Source: Leidyana gryllorum EB-2025a (Eukaryota > Protista > Apicomplexa). From it: a stretch of 64,000 nucleotides of DNA. The stretch is from positions 84,490 through 148,489 of the forward strand of contig JBLWGC010000126.1 of the NCBI GenBank assembly GCA_048772705.1. Direction: 5' to 3'. The position numbers and the translations under genes are program-made. Shown in pieces: positions 58,001 through 64,000 of the stretch (position 1 is its first letter; each line of letters opens with the position of its first letter). The notes below the pieces were generated by a model that worked only from the letters and a program-made list of their open reading frames with translations, ran no database searches and had not been told where the DNA came from.

Positions 58001-59621
58001 CTCAAAGCCCTCATATCATCATATCTCCCACCAGTTGTAGTGGCATACCAGAAATATCTTAGGCCTCACTTAGTAATGTTCCACCTCGAGTTAACAGTTT
58101 GGACAGCATCGCCAGAATCTTCAATTATTCACATGGGTAGGTGAGCCCTGGAAGCGTGAAGCGCGGAGGACACCGCGTTATCATCCAGCAATCACCCTGG
58201 TGTCCGTTCGCCGCTTGCCCTCACCACGGTGGCATTTATGCGCTGGCTCATGTGATGCGGTTCTACGCGAGATTTGCCAATTCTGACATAGAGCCGTAAT
58301 TCGGCATGCGTGCGGATGCCGTGTTCCATGCTTTCGTTTCCTTTTCCCGCCAGTTGAGTCTTGCTGATCATGTTGCGCGGATCTCTTCACTCCTCTCCGG
58401 GACTGTTGATTGTGCGAGTCCGTCGTAGGTGGTTTGGAATCTGTACGATCCATCATCTCCATGGACAGAGTCTCCTGAGGGGTATGATGAAACTCTGGGT
58501 GCGACAATGCAAAGTCGATCAGTCTTTAAGGAATTGGTCTCCGTTTTTATCTTACTGCATCTGTAGACCTCCGGTGTGGAGGGTTTCATCTGCACTGCAC
58601 ATTTGTCACGTCGTCTCCTCCCCATTTCCTCATTGACGGCCAGGACTCTTCATCTCATCCCGCCGCACCAAGGCTTTTTTGTTAACCTCATGCTAACTGG
58701 CCCTCTTCGCGGTGGGCGTGCGGTAGCACGTAGTTCCTGCAGCCACCGTAGATGAGTATTTATTTGTGAACGTTAAGATGTATCTACTTTGTACTGTTGT
58801 CCGCTGTAGGTAAGCGACCCGCCTCAGCTCCCCTGAGAGCCTGAGGGGGGATGATAAACACTACGGAATCAGCAATGTCGAGCTGTGCGTGTCGAGCGCA
58901 GCCCTGAAACCAGTGGTGAGATATGGCGTATGCCGACTTGTGGGGCTCACAGTGTGAACTGCACCCTTTCAACCGTCGAAAGGAGTGTGGTGAACACTGG
59001 CGCCTTACACTGTCAAGTAAGTGTGCGTAAGAATGTGTGGAAGGCTCGCATTATGTGAGAGCAGCTCCATTGCCACAACCGCCTAATCATTCCCTCGAGG
59101 CGTCTGACACCTCGTTCCTCCAACTCTTCGGCGTGGAGAACCTTCTGAGTAGAGCAATCACACACTCGCAGAGTGGCTGAGCATCGCAACACTATTGTAT
59201 ATCTGAATCCACTACTGTGAGCAATTGAGAAAAGCAAGTTCGAGCTTTGCTCAAATGTTGGTGCACTTCATCATCCCCACACGACGCCCTTCTCTATTTC
59301 CATTTTTTCGAGCGAACACTGCTCTCAGACTAACAGAAACCAGTCATCTCCCCTCACCACAATGTTTCATTCGAGGTGCGAGTGTTACGATTTTGAAACA
59401 GCGAAGAGTTCAACTTCCGCAAGACATCGGGGGACAAATATGGTTGCAGTCCCCCACGGCGAGAGGCGGCAGAAGTATAAAAAGCTTCAAATTATCTTGA
59501 CCTGTGTCGCCTCGGGAGTGGGTAATACACCGGACTTCGCGTTCAGTACAGTGGATGCGGGCTCCTCGACAAGTGAGGGGAGAGGAATAGCGCGGCCTTT
59601 CACGTCGTTGCTGAGCAAGAC

Positions 59622-60975
59622 ATGGAGACAGCTCGCGAAGGATTCGTGGTGCTTGACAGAGATTATGTGTACGAAAGAGACGTTGACCTGGAGGAGCAGG
59701 CGGACCCCATGACTGCCACCCCCTCCTTTGCACCCGGAGGAGTACGGAAAGCACGGGCTGCCCGGCCTCCTGCTGAGTCAGTGTCAAAGTGGACGCTAGG
59801 CTTGGATTTGGACCAATTGTTCCAACGGCTTGGCATAAAGCACTCGGCGGAGTTGTCTGACACAGAAGTTGATACTCTTGAAAATGCATGGAATACCGAG
59901 AATCCCTTCCCGTTAATCGACACAGTGGAGTCGCAGCTGAATATGATGAGGTGGGGATCCGGGAACGACGAAATGAGACCTCTCTTGGACGAAGTGGTGA
60001 CGAGGAGACACATGTTCAATGAGGCGCTGGCCGCAGCAGGCGTCGCGGATACTCGACAACAGCAATATTGTCGGTATTTGGCGGACGCGCGAATATTCTG
60101 GAAGTTGTTCCGGGAAGCAGACCGAGACTGTCAGCTGACGCACCTTGACGAGGAGGGTGCCGGCGCTACCGCGATCGAGACGCAGCCAGAGTCAGAAATT
60201 GAAGCAAAGGATTTGGACGGAAGAAGTTCCCATGACACTTCTCATCGAATCCTTCGTCGGGAGGCACGTGACCGGAGACACCCGGGAAGAGCGCTTACAA
60301 ACACTGAAGCTGTTGGAAGATCACAACCTGAACATCTCACCACAATTGAAACACGCTATTGAAAAGCATAAGAATTTGGTTCGGGTCCAACGAGCAATAC
60401 AAGGATCAATCTTCTCACAATTAAACAGAGAAGTAAGCGAAGCACTGGACGATCTAAGCGTCTCGAAGCGACGGTACGAAGTCAAATGGAAGCATTACCT
60501 CACTGTTCGTAATAAAGTGTTTGCAAACCACCAATTGCCCACGAGCTTGCTGCCGGACGCAGAGGTCACGGGTCCAAAGACTATCGCAATTAGAAACGTA
60601 TCCATCGACACCGACGTGCTGTTGTGGCTAAAAGGCTCAGGGCATGTGGGAGCGATCTTTCCGGTGGAGAGCTTGTTCACGGGACCGTACTCCTACTGCG
60701 TCTCGCCCAGAACGGCGGACATACACTACAAGAAAGAATGGTACCGAGGCCATTTTCTGGACATCGCCGCGGTGTGCAGTATGATCACGACGATTGCAAC
60801 GCTTCCGATGTTTGCGATATATCCTCAACTTATCGTCTGCGTGGCCGCTTTCACCAGTGGCCCCATCGGCTTTGCGGCCGGCAGCTACTTCTTGAAAGCG
60901 GCACGTGATGGCAGGATAAGTCAGCGGATCGGCTTGCCGCCTTTACCCTTTCTCCCCACTGTCCACCCAAGCTGA
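59622..60975 (+). pseudogene. Frameshifted (or spliced) member of an unrecognised gene family
   Basis: Two overlapping ORFs (59622-60362, 60145-60975) switch frame near 60200-60230. The first shares a domain with 62170-63996; the second has a C-terminal hydrophobic hairpin. Confidence 0.55.
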
Positions 60976-61829
60976 GCTGGAATGTGTTTGGGGGTGGCTG
61001 TGAAGATTTTAGGTCTAGTAGTGTGGGAAGACGACTTTTCCGATGTCACCTATTCAAATTACGAGCCCTACCGTCTCGCTCCCTATGGTAGGTAAGACAG
61101 AGAGAGGGAGAAGTACAAATGCCATGCTAGAGGTCTTGACCTCAACTCGGACACCTCACGCTCTGCAGAGGTTCTCTGGCGGACTGCGGGACATGCTAGG
61201 AGGGTCCCCGCGCGCTTGCTTTCGATCCATGTGTTCTTCTACTACCTCGGGGGATGAAGCAAAACAAACACAGCGTCATTGGTGACATTGTCAAGACCCG
61301 TCAATATCTCAATTAGTGGGCGGTCACAATGACGAAGAGGGCCTCTGGCAAGCTGCAGCTTTGTCGACAGCCGGTCGATGCGCCAGTCTTGTTCGGACTG
61401 CCGCCGACTGTGCCACCCCGAAGAGGCAAACAGCATCCACAACAACTCCGTCGTCCTCCATATCGGCGACCGGAGTCGTAGGTGTCAACCCATGCCTCCT
61501 CGGTGGCCGATTTTAAAAGCGGGCACCGCGTGCGTGTGCCTGGGTTGGGGTTGGAACACTAATGACCAATCCAATCAGACAAAGTACATCTCTGCCTTCA
61601 AGCCCTCGCACAGCGACCCCTTGTGTTGTCCTGTAGCTTGCCTGATACGCAATGTACATATGTGCCTTTGACACCGTATCTCCCCAAAGCTTCCTCCTAT
61701 TCAGGGTCGCATGAAGAGCTCGCCAGAGGGTGTCACCAGGGGGCCAGACATCAGCCTGGCGGGTGATAAACACTCGATGGTCTTGTGCCGGGACATCCTG
61801 GAGTCAGACGCCCTACCGTTGCCATCGAA

Positions 61830-62045
61830 GCCTATGGACACCAGATTAGGCAGTCTAGCCACAGTAAAGCACTCGTGTGCCCGGCCGGGGAGACACACTT
61901 CTACACACACGCGTTTTTACATAGTCAGTGATTGAACATCCCGGAACTGAAGCCAACAACTAGATGCACCCAGACTACCAAAAGCCAGCCGACGTTCCCA
62001 CCTGCGCATGAGCCCGTTGGACAAGACAGTAAAATTCACAAATCC
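61830..62045 (+). mobile_element. Diverged solo LTR of the 53846-55089 element, inverted
   Basis: CCGGCCGGGGAGACACACTT..CACACACGCGTTTTTAC..GTCAGTGATTGAACATC and ACTACCAAAA..CAGCCGACGTTC..CAAGACAGTAA..TTCACAAATC match the reverse complement of the LTR. Confidence 0.8.
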
Positions 62046-62169
62046 AGAGCGGGACGCGTGTTTTGTCGTCGACACCGTGATGCCATCATTAGCCTGAAAT
62101 GCTTTTTTATCGGAGAGGGCTGCAACAATCTCATTCCTGCATACTGCTGGTGGTGGGTTAATTTTTAGA

Positions 62170-63996
62170 ATGCAACCTGGAACGTATGGTTCAGAGGTCA
62201 GAATGCTGCCTCGGAGAGAATGTCGAGGGACGAGGGCAGTGCTAATGGCCAACAAACGAAGGAATGCCACCAGTACATCCAAGGGACTAGTCTTCTCTTC
62301 CGTGGTGTTTGGTTGCTCCTCAGCTAGTTACGACATGTCGGGAATAGAGGAAAGTCCGACGATCATCCCCGGCCTTGGTGGCTCCTCCGCTGTTTACGAC
62401 ATGTCTGGAATAGAGGAAAGTCCGACGATTATTCCCGGCCGTGGTGGCTCCTCCGCAATTTACGACATGTCTGGAATAGAGGAAAGTCCGACGATTATTC
62501 CCGGCCGTGGCGGCTCCTCCGCTATTTACGACATGTCTGGAATAGAGGAAAGTCCGACGATTATTCCCGGCCGTGGCGGCTCCTCCGCTATTTACGACAT
62601 GTCTGGAATTTACGAGGTGTCTGCAAAAGTGGAAAGTCCGACAATCATCCCGAGCCAGAGTTGTATCAACGAGAGACTGCAAGAAGGTGCTGGACAGAGC
62701 CGGCAAGCGGGGTCGGCGCCACTCATCAGGTCGGCGCCACTCATGAATGATGAATCTCAGCCTCTGCCGCATCTGGGAGCTAAGGCCTCGACGGACACTC
62801 TCTCATCAGTACCGGAGCTGATTATGCCGCCCTACCTGGCGGCTTTTTGCAGCCCACTATGCAAGCGGAATCCCCACGTACTCACAGATGGGGAACTCGA
62901 TCTGATGGACGCGGCATGGCTCGATGAGAATCCCAAGCCTTTCCTTGCTGTTGGAGATAGAAGGCTTGAGAACCTCTACAATTCCTTGTTGAAGGGACCA
63001 GCTTTGGAGAGACTCCTCGATGACATCACGCGGGAGCGCCACAAACTCAGTCAAACATTGTACATGGAGAAGTGGACTGATCGACGACAGGTGGCATTAC
63101 GGCGGCGGCTCATCAGTGCTTACAGGATGATGAAGACCCTGAAGACATTTTCTCACGCACCACGAATGCACACAGAAAGTGAAGTTGGAGGCATCACCTC
63201 TCAGAATTCAAACCAATTCGAAGAGATGGAAACAGTACCGCTCAGCTCCAGAGATTGCTCGACATCGGAGACTTTCGGACCCCAGTGGGCCTATCAACAA
63301 TGTTCGGCTAACCAGCGAGTGAGGGGGAGCGCACCAGAGCAAACCCAAGAAGTTGAGGAGGTCATCAATGAATACCTTTTGCGGCGAGTTGTTTCTAGTC
63401 TGGGCACAATCAGCTGCGTGGAACGTCAACTGTGCGCCTGGGCAACCCTTGTATCACCAAAGCTAAAGTTGACGCCGTCCGAGTTTCTATCCCAAATGGC
63501 CAAGACAGTGGTCGAGAAGGCCATACAAGATGGGACTCGGAGTGTCTTTGAGGTGCTCAAAGGGCACTGCCGGCAAGTTTTGAAAGATGGCGGGGCAGAC
63601 ATTGGCCTGTTCAGCAGGAATATGGGCTTGTTCGAAAATAGCTTCGAGTGCGGTAAGCTTCGCAAGCCCGAGGAGGTGATGCAACGACGGCGAGGGTTTT
63701 TGAATGACTGTGAAAAGACGGTCAACAATACGTCTTATCACCAGCTGATGCAATTGCTCTACATGGAGTTGAAGGAAGACGGAAGCCCTCCGGTCGAGGT
63801 TAAACTGATTTCGAAAAAGGAGTTGGGCTTCGCAGACTATATGATTCCTATGGAGCCTCTGGTCGAGACATTTGTGCGAAGATATTTCGGCTACGATCGC
63901 GAGCTGATGATCAAAAGTTTGAGAGAGTGTCATAAGTTGGATGTCTGCCCAGACTTGGAATATGCTATCAGGAATTATCAACAGTGGTCCCAGTGA
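62170..63996 (+). CDS. Hypothetical 608-aa protein with 22-aa tandem repeats and a domain shared with the 59622 ORF
   Basis: Intronless long ORF; true start may be a downstream Met. Confidence 0.7.
   Translation: MQPGTYGSEVRMLPRRECRGTRAVLMANKRRNATSTSKGLVFSSVVFGCSSASYDMSGIEESPTIIPGLGGSSAVYDMSGIEESPTIIPGRGGSSAIYDMSGIEESPTIIPGRGGSSAIYDMSGIEESPTIIPGRGGSSAIYDMSGIYEVSAKVESPTIIPSQSCINERLQEGAGQSRQAGSAPLIRSAPLMNDESQPLPHLGAKASTDTLSSVPELIMPPYLAAFCSPLCKRNPHVLTDGELDLMDAAWLDENPKPFLAVGDRRLENLYNSLLKGPALERLLDDITRERHKLSQTLYMEKWTDRRQVALRRRLISAYRMMKTLKTFSHAPRMHTESEVGGITSQNSNQFEEMETVPLSSRDCSTSETFGPQWAYQQCSANQRVRGSAPEQTQEVEEVINEYLLRRVVSSLGTISCVERQLCAWATLVSPKLKLTPSEFLSQMAKTVVEKAIQDGTRSVFEVLKGHCRQVLKDGGADIGLFSRNMGLFENSFECGKLRKPEEVMQRRRGFLNDCEKTVNNTSYHQLMQLLYMELKEDGSPPVEVKLISKKELGFADYMIPMEPLVETFVRRYFGYDRELMIKSLRECHKLDVCPDLEYAIRNYQQWSQ
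62329..62610 (+). repeat. 66-bp coding minisatellite x4.3 (YDMSGIEESPTIIPGRGGSSAI)
   Basis: TACGACATG recurs at 62329, 62395, 62461, 62527 and 62593. Confidence 0.95.
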
Positions 63997-64000
63997 ACGA

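Overview
Eukaryotic nuclear DNA from a very compact, intron-containing protist genome. It is most likely apicomplexan, possibly gregarine-like; this is inferred from a CLAMP-like gene, mostly ~40-55 nt GT-AG introns and near-zero intergenic spacing. Positions 1-52.5 kb are a densely packed core of about 35 genes. Recognisable ones are DUF726/TMCO4, UNC-50, a DHHC palmitoyltransferase, eIF3b, ARL1, an LRAT-domain protein, Scc3/STAG, TFIIIC95, CLAMP-like, a cyclin, DPH5, RPC7, an A20/AN1 zinc finger, cystinosin-like, Kelch-BTB, DBR1, SPX-MFS and PIG-H. Intergenic gaps are often 10-30 bp, two convergent pairs share an overlapping CTAA double stop, and GTGCAC motifs recur near start codons. From about 52.6 kb the character changes to an accessory or heterochromatic-type region. 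It contains a ~1.24 kb LTR-gag-LTR mini-retroelement with a GACA target-site duplication inserted in a 342/373/375-bp satellite that forms a 715-bp higher-order repeat. It also contains an inverted diverged solo LTR and two paralogous genes sharing an unrecognised ~100-aa helical domain; one is frameshifted and the other carries 66-bp Tyr-containing repeats. Spliced gene models were assembled by eye, so internal exon boundaries and some starts are approximate.
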